Source: a virus. Taken from it: DNA of 40,595 bases. Each line of letters begins with the position of its first letter. Within the stretch, counting starts at the first letter, position 1. The notes under the pieces are model-generated. The model worked only from the letters and a program-made list of their open reading frames with translations, did not search any database and was not told where the DNA came from. The DNA is taken from positions 1-40,595 of the IMG/VR virus record IMGVR_UViG_3300031162_000774; one strand, 5' to 3'. Position numbers and translations under genes: made by a program. Of the stretch, positions 32,574-40,595 are shown piece after piece.

Positions 32574-33106
32574 TGTTTAAGTCCTCCATCAATATTTGGT
32601 ACTGCCTTATCAGCAGTTGTTGCATTATCAAATTGTTCAGCAGTTAATTCTTTAGGTCCTACAAAAATGATCTCTCTCATATTTGCTGTGAAATTTAAAG
32701 AATTTGATGAGTCTTTATTTTGACTTGTACTTAAATTTTCTATAACAACGTTCCCATAATCTTTTAAATTTGTAACTAACGTAAAAGGTATTCTTTCTGC
32801 TTGTAATTCTAACAAACTTTCCCATGCATCTTTCGATGGTGTGTCATCTTTTGTAAATGCATTACCTGAAGCAATTTGTGTAAATGTACCAAACCCACCA
32901 AGTATTTGAACTTTAGTATCTGATACAATTCCAGTTATACTGAATGTCATTGGATTAATAATAATGTGATCATTAACATCTGCACCATTTTCAACTGGAT
33001 TAGATGTTATTGTAGAACTTGATTGAGCTGACTCTTCAACTATTACATCAAGTTTGATCTCACCTATTAAGTTATCTTTTCTAAAAAATAATTGTGCTAT
33101 ACCCAT
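32570..33106 (-). CDS. Tail/baseplate protein following the tape measure gene
   Basis: 178 aa. The ITSNPVENGADVNDHII pattern is common in tail-tip/baseplate proteins. Its start overlaps the tape measure stop. Confidence 0.4.
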   Translation of the reverse strand: MGIAQLFFRKDNLIGEIKLDVIVEESAQSSSTITSNPVENGADVNDHIIINPMTFSITGIVSDTKVQILGGFGTFTQIASGNAFTKDDTPSKDAWESLLELQAERIPFTLVTNLKDYGNVVIENLSTSQNKDSSNSLNFTANMREIIFVGPKELTAEQFDNATTADKAVPNIDGGLKQ

Positions 33107-34557
33107 TAAAAACTCACTTCTGTACCGAGATTTTGTTCAGCTGCTTTCATGTCAGCACCAAGAGCTTCACTTACTGCTTGCTTAACTGCTTCTGTATCTC
33201 CACCATTAATGTGAACAGTAACTTTATTACTAGTTGTAGAACTACTTGATACAGATCCAACAGCACCGCCTGAAAAAGCATTTAATGCTCCAGTTGTTTG
33301 TGCTTGTTCAATAGTTCCTATATCAACACCAGGTAAATTATTCAATAATTCTATTGCTTTATTTAATGGCATAATCATAGAATTAAAAATAGTAGTACCT
33401 ATATCCTTAATTAAAAGTATTAAACTATCTAATACAACTTCACCTTGAGTAAATATAAGGTTCCAGCCTTCTCCAACCATTGCCATAACTTCAACAAGAC
33501 TTTCTAATGCTATTCTAAACGTATCTGATTTTTTAGCAAGAGCACCAAGTTGGCTATCTGCACCGTTTGCAAAAGCAACTAGATCTTCTATTAATAGAAA
33601 TATAGCTGCACCTGCTGCAAGTATTAATGCTGGTATCAATAATATTCTTATATTCATTGCCAACAATGCTGCAGATACTACTCCTATTGCATTAGCCCAT
33701 CCACCAAATGCTTGAGCAACTGTATCAATGACATTTACTATTCTTCTTATTATATTAAAAACAACAGTTATCGTTTTTGTTAATGTCTCAAAGAATGAAT
33801 TTAAGTTTTGTTTAATTAATTCTTTATTTGCTTTAAACCATGCTACAAATGCTTTTATCATTGGTTGGATTTGTTTCATTAGTTTTGTACCAATAGCAGA
33901 AGATACACCTTTAACTACTGTTCCAATGCGTAACATTTCATCATTAAATTTAGCAGCAGCTTGTGTTGCATCTTTATCTAATACAAAACCTAATTCTGCA
34001 ACTTCTTTTCTTTGTGCAAGAATAGCAGCTCTACCTTGTTCAAGTGTAAGAAGTAATGAAGAGTCAATACCGAGTTTATTTAGCAATTCTAATTTCTGTG
34101 ATTGTGAACTTAATTGTGCTACAGCATCTGCAACATCTAACAGAAGATCATCAGTTTGCTTGATTTCACCATTAGCATTAGTTACACTAATTCCAAGTAA
34201 TCCGAATGCTTCTACACCAGCTCCTGTACCTCTAGCAGCCTCACTTGCAGTTCTAGAAAGATTTTCAAGTGATGAACTCATAGAATTTATTGAACCACCA
34301 TTGAGCTGTGCTACAAATCCAAGTTCATTTATTGTTTGAGCAGCTAGTCCAATACGTTCAGCAAGTTTACCTATCTCATCATTTTGTTCAGCAATTTTAG
34401 AAGTAAAAGCGAATACAGCAGTACCAGCGGCAACAGCAGCCGTTGCAACACCGGCAACAATTTTACCTGCTTGTTCCATACCTTCATTAAATTCGTTTAA
34501 TGCTTTATCATCAAAATCAAAAGAAAGTTTGGCAACTAAACTATCAATAACTGGCAT
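33106..34557 (-). CDS. Tail tape measure protein
   Basis: 483 aa. Ala/Gly/Leu-rich and helical with internal hydrophobic segments (ALLAMNIRILLIPALILAAGAAIFLLI). Lies directly after the frameshifted chaperone pair. Confidence 0.8.
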   Translation of the reverse strand: MPVIDSLVAKLSFDFDDKALNEFNEGMEQAGKIVAGVATAAVAAGTAVFAFTSKIAEQNDEIGKLAERIGLAAQTINELGFVAQLNGGSINSMSSSLENLSRTASEAARGTGAGVEAFGLLGISVTNANGEIKQTDDLLLDVADAVAQLSSQSQKLELLNKLGIDSSLLLTLEQGRAAILAQRKEVAELGFVLDKDATQAAAKFNDEMLRIGTVVKGVSSAIGTKLMKQIQPMIKAFVAWFKANKELIKQNLNSFFETLTKTITVVFNIIRRIVNVIDTVAQAFGGWANAIGVVSAALLAMNIRILLIPALILAAGAAIFLLIEDLVAFANGADSQLGALAKKSDTFRIALESLVEVMAMVGEGWNLIFTQGEVVLDSLILLIKDIGTTIFNSMIMPLNKAIELLNNLPGVDIGTIEQAQTTGALNAFSGGAVGSVSSSSTTSNKVTVHINGGDTEAVKQAVSEALGADMKAAEQNLGTEVSF

Positions 34558-34581
34558 ATTAATTCCTTTGACCTAATTATA

Positions 34582-35156
34582 TCACTTTTTCTTACTATTT
34601 AAGTATTCAGTTTCCAATTTTAAATTTAGAACTTCATGAAAATCATGTAGATCTGATAAACTATAAACCGTCCTTAACTCATTAAGTGTACACATATTTT
34701 CCATGATCGGTCTGTATATAAATAAATTTATATTTAACTTTCGATCTTCTGTTCGACCTCTTGGAAGATGGAATTTAACCCGAGCTTTCCCAGCACATCA
34801 CTAAAATTGGTTTGAATAATGAACATTGCAACTAACCACATATCTCCTGTCTTACCTGCAAAATAACTGTTAAAATCTATTGGAATATCTACTGCTACAC
34901 CATCTGTAACTTTATTATAGAATACACCTTTTTCAAATAGCTTAGTTACTAATGAAACAACATTATGATCATCAATATTATCTGTAAGTTTAGCTATTGC
35001 CTTACTAATACTTTCTTTATTAGCACCACTTGTTAATTCACTAAATGAACCACCTAATAATTTAAGTAGCTTTGCTTGTACACTTAATGCAGTTAATGCG
35101 TCCATCGTTGTAACCTTATAAGTTACTCCATTTATTACTTTTGTTTCTTGTTTCAT
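34582..35156 (-). CDS. Tail assembly chaperone, -1 frameshift-extended form (about 190 aa)
   Basis: The -1 frame is open from just upstream of the slippery site to TGA at 34582-34584. The extension reads ARVKFHLPRGRTEDRKLNINLFIYRPIMENMCTLNELRTVYSLSDLHDFHEVLNLKLETEYLNSKKK. Confidence 0.6.
34734..35156 (-). CDS. Tail assembly chaperone, short (zero-frame) form
   Basis: 140 aa, between the tube and tape measure genes. Contains a GGGAAAG slippery heptamer 16 codons before its stop. Confidence 0.7.
   Translation of the reverse strand: MKQETKVINGVTYKVTTMDALTALSVQAKLLKLLGGSFSELTSGANKESISKAIAKLTDNIDDHNVVSLVTKLFEKGVFYNKVTDGVAVDIPIDFNSYFAGKTGDMWLVAMFIIQTNFSDVLGKLGLNSIFQEVEQKIES
34785..34791 (-). other. 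Programmed -1 ribosomal frameshift slippery heptamer G GGA AAG
   Basis: The plus strand reads CTTTCCC. On the minus strand GGGAAAG is in X XXY YYZ phase with the chaperone ORF (35156-34790 is divisible by 3). This is the same heptamer used by lambda G/GT. Confidence 0.65.
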
Positions 35157-35210
35157 GTTCGTCCTTTAATTTTAATATAGACTAATGAAGGGGTACATCT
35201 AAGGACGAAC
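35157..35210 (-). promoter_or_regulatory. 10-bp perfect inverted repeat that would sequester the chaperone gene's Shine-Dalgarno sequence
   Basis: GTTCGTCCTT (35157-35166) pairs with AAGGACGAAC (35201-35210). On the mRNA the 3' arm AAGGACGAAC contains the SD and abuts the ATG at 35156. Confidence 0.45.
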
Positions 35211-35233
35211 TCAAAATATACACCCACATTAAC

Positions 35234-35259
35234 CTACTAAGAGCCGAAGCTCTAGGTAG
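35234..35259 (-). terminator. Stem-loop with UUCG tetraloop immediately after the tube gene (attenuator or mRNA stabiliser)
   Basis: The minus strand reads CTACCTAGAGC-TTCG-GCTCTTAGTAG: a 5-bp GC-rich stem, a 2x2 internal loop and a 4-bp stem. It starts 3 nt after the tube stop. Confidence 0.45.
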
Positions 35260-35261
35260 TA

Positions 35262-35684
35262 TTATATTATAACCATTGTTCCAAAATCAGTAGCGAATAT
35301 AAACTCTACCGCATTGGCATTTTGCCCTCTCACAATGGGTGGAACTTTTACAATCCATGAGTTATTTCCCACAAATGTTTCACCGGTCTCTTTGTTAATA
35401 ACTGTTAGAGGTGCTACACCTGCCCCAGTCTCACGATCAATATTATACAAATTCATAAGTGTTTTGTAGCTTTTTGATGTCTGTAATAACTTAATTGTAA
35501 TCAACGCACTATTATCATTAGTTTGTGTTCTAGTTGCATCGCCCTTTGCACCAACAACTAATGTAAACTGATCACTATTAAAATTAATATTTACTACGTC
35601 ATCACCTTCAGCGAACCCTTGTATCTCTTCGATACCAAATATTGCATTTACATTTGTGAATGAATAATTTCCAAAATCTGCCAT
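35262..35684 (-). CDS. Tail tube protein
   Basis: 140 aa, directly after the sheath gene and before the chaperone/tape-measure genes. Beta-rich. Confidence 0.65.
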   Translation of the reverse strand: MADFGNYSFTNVNAIFGIEEIQGFAEGDDVVNINFNSDQFTLVVGAKGDATRTQTNDNSALITIKLLQTSKSYKTLMNLYNIDRETGAGVAPLTVINKETGETFVGNNSWIVKVPPIVRGQNANAVEFIFATDFGTMVII

Positions 35685-35698
35685 TTTTTATTCCTTTA

Positions 35699-37183
35699 TT
35701 AAATTGATAATGTACCGCGAACAATTACAGTATTAATTGCTCCGGATAGGTCAGCTGTAAATGTTCCAAGTGGTAATTTACGATCATCACGATCAGCTTG
35801 ACTTACTTCAGAACGTTTAGGAAATGAAGTAACAACTGTACCATCAACTAGAATTCCTTGAACTACACCATATGTTTGTAAAAGATTTTTAAGTCTTGTC
35901 TCAACAATTGTAATACCACCATCAGTGAATGGAATAATATCTTTCTCTAATAAAAGACTCATTAAACCTTCTTCTACACGCGCTTGTAAAAAATCAATAT
36001 TAATGATGATATCAATAAACTCACCTTCTTTATCAATATTTTTACCACCAGCCATTGTACCAAAGTAAATAAAACTTGCACCTAATGTAGTTGTATAAAC
36101 ATTTGCGTTTACATCTTCAGCAGCATCGATCTCTGTCTGTGTGATTGTAGAAGGTTCAATATTTTGTGAAGCTCCTTCTGCAATACCTGCTAATGTTTTA
36201 TATGACCAGTTAGTTGAACCAACATCTTTTGGAAGTTGTTGTCCCATCCATGACCAATCAGGATAAACATTTTCATTATCATGATAAACTAAGGATGTGC
36301 GTTTGTAATTTTTAGCTTTTAATTTAGCTGCAAGTGAAGCTGCTGAACCAAGAACTAACGTATTAGGATCATTAGTAACAGTAATCATAATGTTACGATT
36401 AGACTCTAAAGCATCAGATAAATCTTCAGTAAATTGAATATCTCTTAAAGCTTTAATTAAACCTAAAGCATACCAAGAGTTATTTGCATTTTTTACAGCA
36501 GTCAACATATCAGCAGCATCTTCTGCAATTTGACCTTGAGATAATAGTGAACCACCTGGATTAGTAGGAGATTGAATAACACCACCATCTAAGAAATCAG
36601 CGCCACTTATATCAGTACCTGCTGGAGCAGCAACCATCTGAAGCAGCGTAATAGTTGAAGCTGCACCAGTTGTATCACTTGTAAATACAAAACGATTGAT
36701 TACATAAGCAACACTAGCACCAGCTGTTCCAAGTGAAATAACACTTGCTACATCATCAAGACTTGTAACACTTGAAAAATCTAAACCTGTTACATCAACA
36801 AGTCCACCATCAATAGTTACACCAAACTCACCATCAGTAATAAGTTTCCATGCTTCAAAATCAGTCTCAGGTTCTTCACCCGCTTCCAATACTGCTGCAA
36901 TTGGTGCATCAACATATCGACCTATTAATAGTTCTTCTGGTTGATTTTCATTAAAAGGATCCTGGCTAAAGTAAGCATCAGCTGCTTTCCACTCCTCTGT
37001 TGTATCTGGAAACAATGTTTCAACTCCAGCTAAAGTAGTAAATCTCTTTACTCTTTGAGCTGTTGTGATTACGTTGCTGTTACTAATTAGAATTGGTATT
37101 CCAAAAGACGCAGCTGATACACTTGGAGTATCTTTTTTAATCTCAACGTCTACAAAACGTTTGATTGCTCTTTTCTCTGCCAT
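35699..37183 (-). CDS. Contractile tail sheath protein (DUF3383-like)
   Basis: 494 aa, the largest protein of the tail-proximal block, followed by the tube, chaperone and tape measure genes in the canonical order. Confidence 0.7.
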   Translation of the reverse strand: MAEKRAIKRFVDVEIKKDTPSVSAASFGIPILISNSNVITTAQRVKRFTTLAGVETLFPDTTEEWKAADAYFSQDPFNENQPEELLIGRYVDAPIAAVLEAGEEPETDFEAWKLITDGEFGVTIDGGLVDVTGLDFSSVTSLDDVASVISLGTAGASVAYVINRFVFTSDTTGAASTITLLQMVAAPAGTDISGADFLDGGVIQSPTNPGGSLLSQGQIAEDAADMLTAVKNANNSWYALGLIKALRDIQFTEDLSDALESNRNIMITVTNDPNTLVLGSAASLAAKLKAKNYKRTSLVYHDNENVYPDWSWMGQQLPKDVGSTNWSYKTLAGIAEGASQNIEPSTITQTEIDAAEDVNANVYTTTLGASFIYFGTMAGGKNIDKEGEFIDIIINIDFLQARVEEGLMSLLLEKDIIPFTDGGITIVETRLKNLLQTYGVVQGILVDGTVVTSFPKRSEVSQADRDDRKLPLGTFTADLSGAINTVIVRGTLSI

Positions 37184-37214
37184 TTTAAACTCCTATTTTG
37201 ATTTGCTAATTATA

Positions 37215-37724
37215 TCATGTTATAATGATTGTTTCACCATTTATCTCATTTGTTACTTCAATTTGCTTAATTTCACCTATATCTGGATCATTTTGAATAG
37301 TAGGTAAGTAATGAAAAAAGAAATCACATTGAGATCTATCTTCCCAATCTTTGCCTATAAGTTCTGGAATATGATTTACATTTGATGAATTAATTATGCC
37401 TATATCTAGATCATTAAAATAATCTTGAGTTAGTATTCTTGATAGTGATGATCTCAAATCTACCATCTCAGTCATTACATCACCTCTGTAAACATTAACA
37501 GATGCCATAACTTTTCTAATACCTTGATAATCAGCTTGAATTGCACCACTTACTAATCGTGTTTCAGTTCTAACATCATTTATGAGTTTTTCAACAGATA
37601 CTATATTTAATAAAGCATATTGATCTAACGGACGTGGTCCAAGAGCAGGTGCAAAAATAACTTCCATATTTAAAGTATCAGCTACCCATGTTCTAATGTG
37701 TTGCTTTAGTTCTGGAAAAGTCAT
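37215..37724 (-). CDS. Neck/tail completion protein (tail terminator-like)
   Basis: 169 aa, immediately upstream of the sheath gene and overlapping the upstream gene by 4 nt. Confidence 0.4.
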   Translation of the reverse strand: MTFPELKQHIRTWVADTLNMEVIFAPALGPRPLDQYALLNIVSVEKLINDVRTETRLVSGAIQADYQGIRKVMASVNVYRGDVMTEMVDLRSSLSRILTQDYFNDLDIGIINSSNVNHIPELIGKDWEDRSQCDFFFHYLPTIQNDPDIGEIKQIEVTNEINGETIIIT

Positions 37725-38077
37725 GTTTTAATCCTTATAGCTATTGCTTTATAATAATTTCCAATTTTACGATTAGCAACATCAAATATTTTATATCTAG
37801 ATCCATCATAATCAAACTGATCAGCTTCTGTTTCACCAACTTCTGAAACTGTTTTAACTTCTGAAACTGTATGAATTTTTACACTCTCACTTGATCTACT
37901 ACCTTCAGGAAGTAATATCAAATCATCAGCATTAGCATTCTGAACAACAGCTTTAATAGGAACACTAATATCTGCTCCATCAACCCAATCACCGTTAACA
38001 TATGAACCAACATCTTTGCGAATAATATTAACCGGCTCTAACCATCTAGTTAGTGCTTTGCTTACGTCATTTTTCAT
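37721..38077 (-). CDS. Head-tail joining protein (unclassified)
   Basis: 118 aa within the overlapping neck gene block. Confidence 0.35.
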   Translation of the reverse strand: MKNDVSKALTRWLEPVNIIRKDVGSYVNGDWVDGADISVPIKAVVQNANADDLILLPEGSRSSESVKIHTVSEVKTVSEVGETEADQFDYDGSRYKIFDVANRKIGNYYKAIAIRIKT

Positions 38078-38523
38078 GCGTTAACCTTCCATGATATTGA
38101 TTGTCTTAATTGCCCGGTATCTACAAGAGGTCTTGAACTACCTTTAGCATTTATAGTAGATTGAGTATTATCTGGCCAATCATTACTTGTAAATGTTTGT
38201 TGAATTAACCCAGCAGTAAATGCACCAAGAATTCCTAAACCTTTTTCGTTGGTTGTTTCACCGTTTAAAACTAATTTATATTGTGCAGCTGCTACTTTCT
38301 TGATCTCTTTAGATTTACCATTAATAGTAGATCTTATGAAACTTCTTTCAGGTATAGTAGATGTTCCAAATTCATTATAGAAACCTACCTCAGCGACACT
38401 TAAATCACTATCTTCATGTTTACCTTCACCTACAAGAATTCCAACATCAACGCTACCTTTCTCTAACCGATCGAAAAGTTTTTTTATACCTTTTCCATTG
38501 GTTGAATTAACTGTAACTTTCAT
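38074..38523 (-). CDS. Head-tail joining protein, HK97 gp10-like
   Basis: 149 aa. YNEFGTSTIPERSFIRST matches the E(F/Y)G(T)...P.RPF pattern of the HK97 gp10 family. Confidence 0.55.
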   Translation of the reverse strand: MKVTVNSTNGKGIKKLFDRLEKGSVDVGILVGEGKHEDSDLSVAEVGFYNEFGTSTIPERSFIRSTINGKSKEIKKVAAAQYKLVLNGETTNEKGLGILGAFTAGLIQQTFTSNDWPDNTQSTINAKGSSRPLVDTGQLRQSISWKVNA

Positions 38524-38525
38524 GA

Positions 38526-38894
38526 TTAAACCGTTGCCGCACCTACACCTAGTGATCTTATAAGAGAATAAAATCTCTGACCATAAGACGTAGAATTATA
38601 AAATGCTTGTGAAGCACTGCTCATTACTGGATTATTAAAACTAATTGAAGTTCCATCAACAGCTTGTGAAGCTACATTTCCAACACTACCACTATCTCCA
38701 TTTGAAGATTGCTCTGCTAATGCTAAATAATGTGCAGTCAGATAACAAACTGCTAAAGAATATAGTGTGCCCCATGTTGCTTCAACAATAAGCAATGTTG
38801 AGTCATCTATAAATATTTGGATGCGAGGATCTGTAATGGTACTGAATTCTGGGAAACGTGTTTTGAATTCTGTTGGTCCACAATTTAATGCCAT
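38526..38894 (-). CDS. Head-tail connector/adaptor (DUF4054-like)
   Basis: 122 aa. FKTRFPEF...WG...AVCYLTAHYLAL matches the DUF4054 pattern. Confidence 0.5.
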   Translation of the reverse strand: MALNCGPTEFKTRFPEFSTITDPRIQIFIDDSTLLIVEATWGTLYSLAVCYLTAHYLALAEQSSNGDSGSVGNVASQAVDGTSISFNNPVMSSASQAFYNSTSYGQRFYSLIRSLGVGAATV

Positions 38895-38930
38895 AGTAAG
38901 TCCTTTATGATTGTAACCAGAGAGAAATCT

Positions 38931-39239
38931 CTAGTTATTGTTTGCAGCTTCTTTTGCTGCATGGATAGCAACTTTAAGTTTTTTAACGCTTAATGTACCA
39001 GCATCTTCAATACCAAGCTCAATTGCTTCAGCTGTAAGAAGTTCTTTTTCACTTGGACCTTTAGATGATCCACCAACTTCTTTAAAAGCTTCAGTTTCAA
39101 GATAATGATCAAAGATTTTATCTTTACCCTTAAGCTTGTCAAGAGATTTGTTATCAGTGATAACACCTGGAAGAACGTCTACACGTCCTTCCTTAGTTTG
39201 GATACAAATTAAACGCTTTGTTTTATTTATGATTTTCAT
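38931..39239 (-). CDS. Small head-associated protein with a C-terminal HeH/Rho_N-like motif
   Basis: 102 aa. EAIELGIEDAGTLSVKKLKVAIHAAK resembles the HeH motif common in phage head-module proteins. Confidence 0.4.
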   Translation of the reverse strand: MKIINKTKRLICIQTKEGRVDVLPGVITDNKSLDKLKGKDKIFDHYLETEAFKEVGGSSKGPSEKELLTAEAIELGIEDAGTLSVKKLKVAIHAAKEAANNN

Positions 39240-39259
39240 TTTTCGTCCTTATTTAAAAT

Positions 39260-40213
39260 TTAGATACCGTCCGCATAAGCAGCAGACAACGGATAACGGA
39301 ATTCAACACCTGATAGTTTATAAACTGCAGGAACTTCCCAACCAAGTGTTTTACGAACAGGTTGCTCAATACGGAAAGGCATTGGAATATGAAAAACAAC
39401 TTTATCAATATTCTTAGTATAAACCATCATACGATCAGTTGCAGCTGCACCCTTACCAACAAGTTCAGGAAGCGGAATAATGTCATCAACTGAATTAATG
39501 TAAGTACTGTTTTGTACAAGATACATTAATATTGTTGTATCACTATTATCACTTCTTGGAGTGTTAGCAATATATGAATATTGTGCAGTTGGAAGAGCAA
39601 GAGTATCAGGCTTTTCAACTTGTTTAGTTGTTTCAAAAACTTGACCAAATAAAGCATTTACATCAAATAAGATTTGTGCAGCAGTTTTATTTACCCATTC
39701 AGTACCTGAACCAGGATTAACAACAGAAGCAGCAGGTACATTAGAATTATCTAAGAAACCTTCAAGACCTTTTGTAGCGTCACCATTAAGACATACATCT
39801 TGAGCATGTTCTTCATATCCACGCATTGTAAGGTTTGCTTTCATTTGTGGTAATGGACGATTAAGCATTGCAGCTTGGCGAAGTTCTTCATCAGAATACT
39901 TATAACCAACAGCACCAAGTTCCACAGGAACAATAGATTGTTTAGTTGAAATATCAGATAATGGAACATCGATTGCATTTGATCCAATAAATTTACCCAT
40001 TGTAGCACCATCAACAGAGTAATATGTTACAGATGTAGCACCTTCTCCTGCTTCGTTTGATACTGGAACAACGTCTTGATAAACAATATGACGATATTCA
40101 GTTTCATAAACTTTAGCTTCTACGTGTGTTAGAGTTGACTCAACGAACCCTAAACCAGCATCAGCATCATTAGTAATTTTTACGCCTTCCGGCATTGCAT
40201 GAATTTTAGCCAT
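39260..40213 (-). CDS. Major capsid protein (DUF2184-like, HK97 fold)
   Basis: 317 aa with a strong SD (AAGGAG). Lies between the decoration-like gene and the connector genes, paired with a DUF2213-like scaffold as in related head modules. Confidence 0.75.
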   Translation of the reverse strand: MAKIHAMPEGVKITNDADAGLGFVESTLTHVEAKVYETEYRHIVYQDVVPVSNEAGEGATSVTYYSVDGATMGKFIGSNAIDVPLSDISTKQSIVPVELGAVGYKYSDEELRQAAMLNRPLPQMKANLTMRGYEEHAQDVCLNGDATKGLEGFLDNSNVPAASVVNPGSGTEWVNKTAAQILFDVNALFGQVFETTKQVEKPDTLALPTAQYSYIANTPRSDNSDTTILMYLVQNSTYINSVDDIIPLPELVGKGAAATDRMMVYTKNIDKVVFHIPMPFRIEQPVRKTLGWEVPAVYKLSGVEFRYPLSAAYADGI

Positions 40214-40223
40214 TTAAGACTCC

Positions 40224-40595
40224 TTATTTGAATTTAACTCTACCGATTTCACCGGCAGCAGTAGTTGTATCCCAAACAGCGTTTGCGATTACATCAGTTT
40301 CTGAAGCAACAGGAGTAGTAACAAGACCACCAAGTTGGCCAGTTCCAGCAACATAACGAAATGATACAGGATCACCTTGTGTACAACCATCTTCACAAAT
40401 AGCGTAAATTACACCTTCATCAAGAATATTTGCAGACTCATCGATCTGATATTTACGATCACCAGCTGTATCAGCAGTTCCAGCGATTGTACGAACAGTA
40501 AGACCTACAAAGCTTCCACCTGTTGCAGTAGGTAATTTACATTCAGTATCGGTAGTACCACGAACAACAGCAAGACCGAAGTCAATTGCAGAAGC
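40224..40595 (-). CDS. C-terminal part of the 156-aa head decoration/cement-like protein (continuation of 1-186; the last 87 nt duplicate 1-87)
   Basis: Open frame with stop TAA at 40224-40226. The translation ends ...VWDTTTAAGEIGRVKFK. The frame matches the ATG at 186 once the 87-bp overlap is collapsed. Confidence 0.6.
   Translation of the reverse strand, partial: ASAIDFGLAVVRGTTDTECKLPTATGGSFVGLTVRTIAGTADTAGDRKYQIDESANILDEGVIYAICEDGCTQGDPVSFRYVAGTGQLGGLVTTPVASETDVIANAVWDTTTAAGEIGRVKFK
40509..40595. repeat. Second copy of the 87-bp terminal direct repeat
   Basis: Identical to 1-87 by direct reading. Confidence 0.95.

Noticed and set aside
34582-34704. A stand-alone 40-aa gene (MENMCTLNELRTVYSLSDLHDFHEVLNLKLETEYLNSKKK) between the chaperone and tape measure genes.
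   Set aside because: It lacks an SD. Its frame is continuously open back to the GGGAAAG slippery site in the -1 frame of the chaperone. It is therefore better explained as the frameshift extension than as an independent gene.
349-39417. ORF-track entries lying antisense to, or out of frame within, longer well-supported genes. They are 349-849(+), 2574-2777(-), 3542-3757(+), 5616-5978(+), 6846-7199(+), 7950-8279(+), 9314-9586(+), 10170-10397(+), 17002-17193(-), 17497-17712(+), 18053-18238(-), 19642-19827(+), 22869-23111(+), 23726-23911(-), 25900-26100(-), 26918-27106(+), 28767-28964(+), 28969-29160(+), 29180-29362(+), 31087-31287(+), 33728-34339(+), 37065-37307(+) and 39136-39417(+).
   Set aside because: Each is fully or largely embedded in a longer ORF that has recognisable motifs or operon context. 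Their translations are low-complexity (Ser/Phe/Leu/Ile-rich), as expected from reading AT-rich coding DNA in the wrong frame or strand. None has a convincing SD.
1-40595. The possibility that this is an integrated prophage with att repeats (the 87-bp direct repeat at both ends), or that it contains CRISPR arrays, tRNAs or transposable elements.
   Set aside because: The repeat lies inside a structural gene that it reconstitutes. No integrase, recombinase or transposase motifs, host-like flanking genes, regularly spaced repeat arrays or tRNA-like cloverleaf sequences were seen on reading either strand.

Overview
The window is a complete, circularly closed genome of an AT-rich tailed dsDNA phage with a contractile tail (myovirus-type). 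Bases 1-87 are identical to 40509-40595, so the unique length is about 40,508 bp, and one head gene is intact only when the ends are joined.

All genes diverge from one ~170-bp control region (16529-16698) and converge at ~27070. The plus arm (16.7-27.1 kb) carries replication and nucleotide metabolism: a T7 gp2.5-like SSB, family B DNA polymerase, FEN/5'-3' exonuclease, SNF2-like helicase, VRR-NUC nuclease and a nucleotide-modification cluster. The minus arm runs 16.5 kb to 1, wraps, and continues from 40.5 kb to 27.1 kb. It carries early genes (Dda/RecD-like helicase, Dam-family methyltransferase, AEP primase fused to an SF3 helicase, small HTH and membrane proteins), then TerS/TerL, an embedded lysis cassette, portal, MuF, scaffold, capsid, neck, sheath, tube, frameshifted chaperone, tape measure, baseplate and fibre. 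I see no integrase, tRNA, CRISPR array or RNA polymerase.

Most notable findings:
1. A close T4 gp42-type dCMP hydroxymethylase. The catalytic Cys and the cytosine-selecting Asp appear conserved. It is clustered with a dCMP deaminase, two all-alpha NTP pyrophosphatase-like proteins and an orphan small-molecule-type SAM methyltransferase. No glucosyltransferase or dNMP kinase is present. This suggests 5-hmC or an undescribed derivative.
2. A 33-bp promoter-like motif present seven times in strict strand-specific orientation.
3. A candidate replication origin (long imperfect inverted repeat plus short repeats) just downstream of the primase gene, and an interleaved-hairpin leader in front of that gene.
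4. A canonical GGGAAAG -1 frameshift in the tail chaperone.

All functional calls rest on reading the translated ORFs and recalling family motifs. No searches were run.
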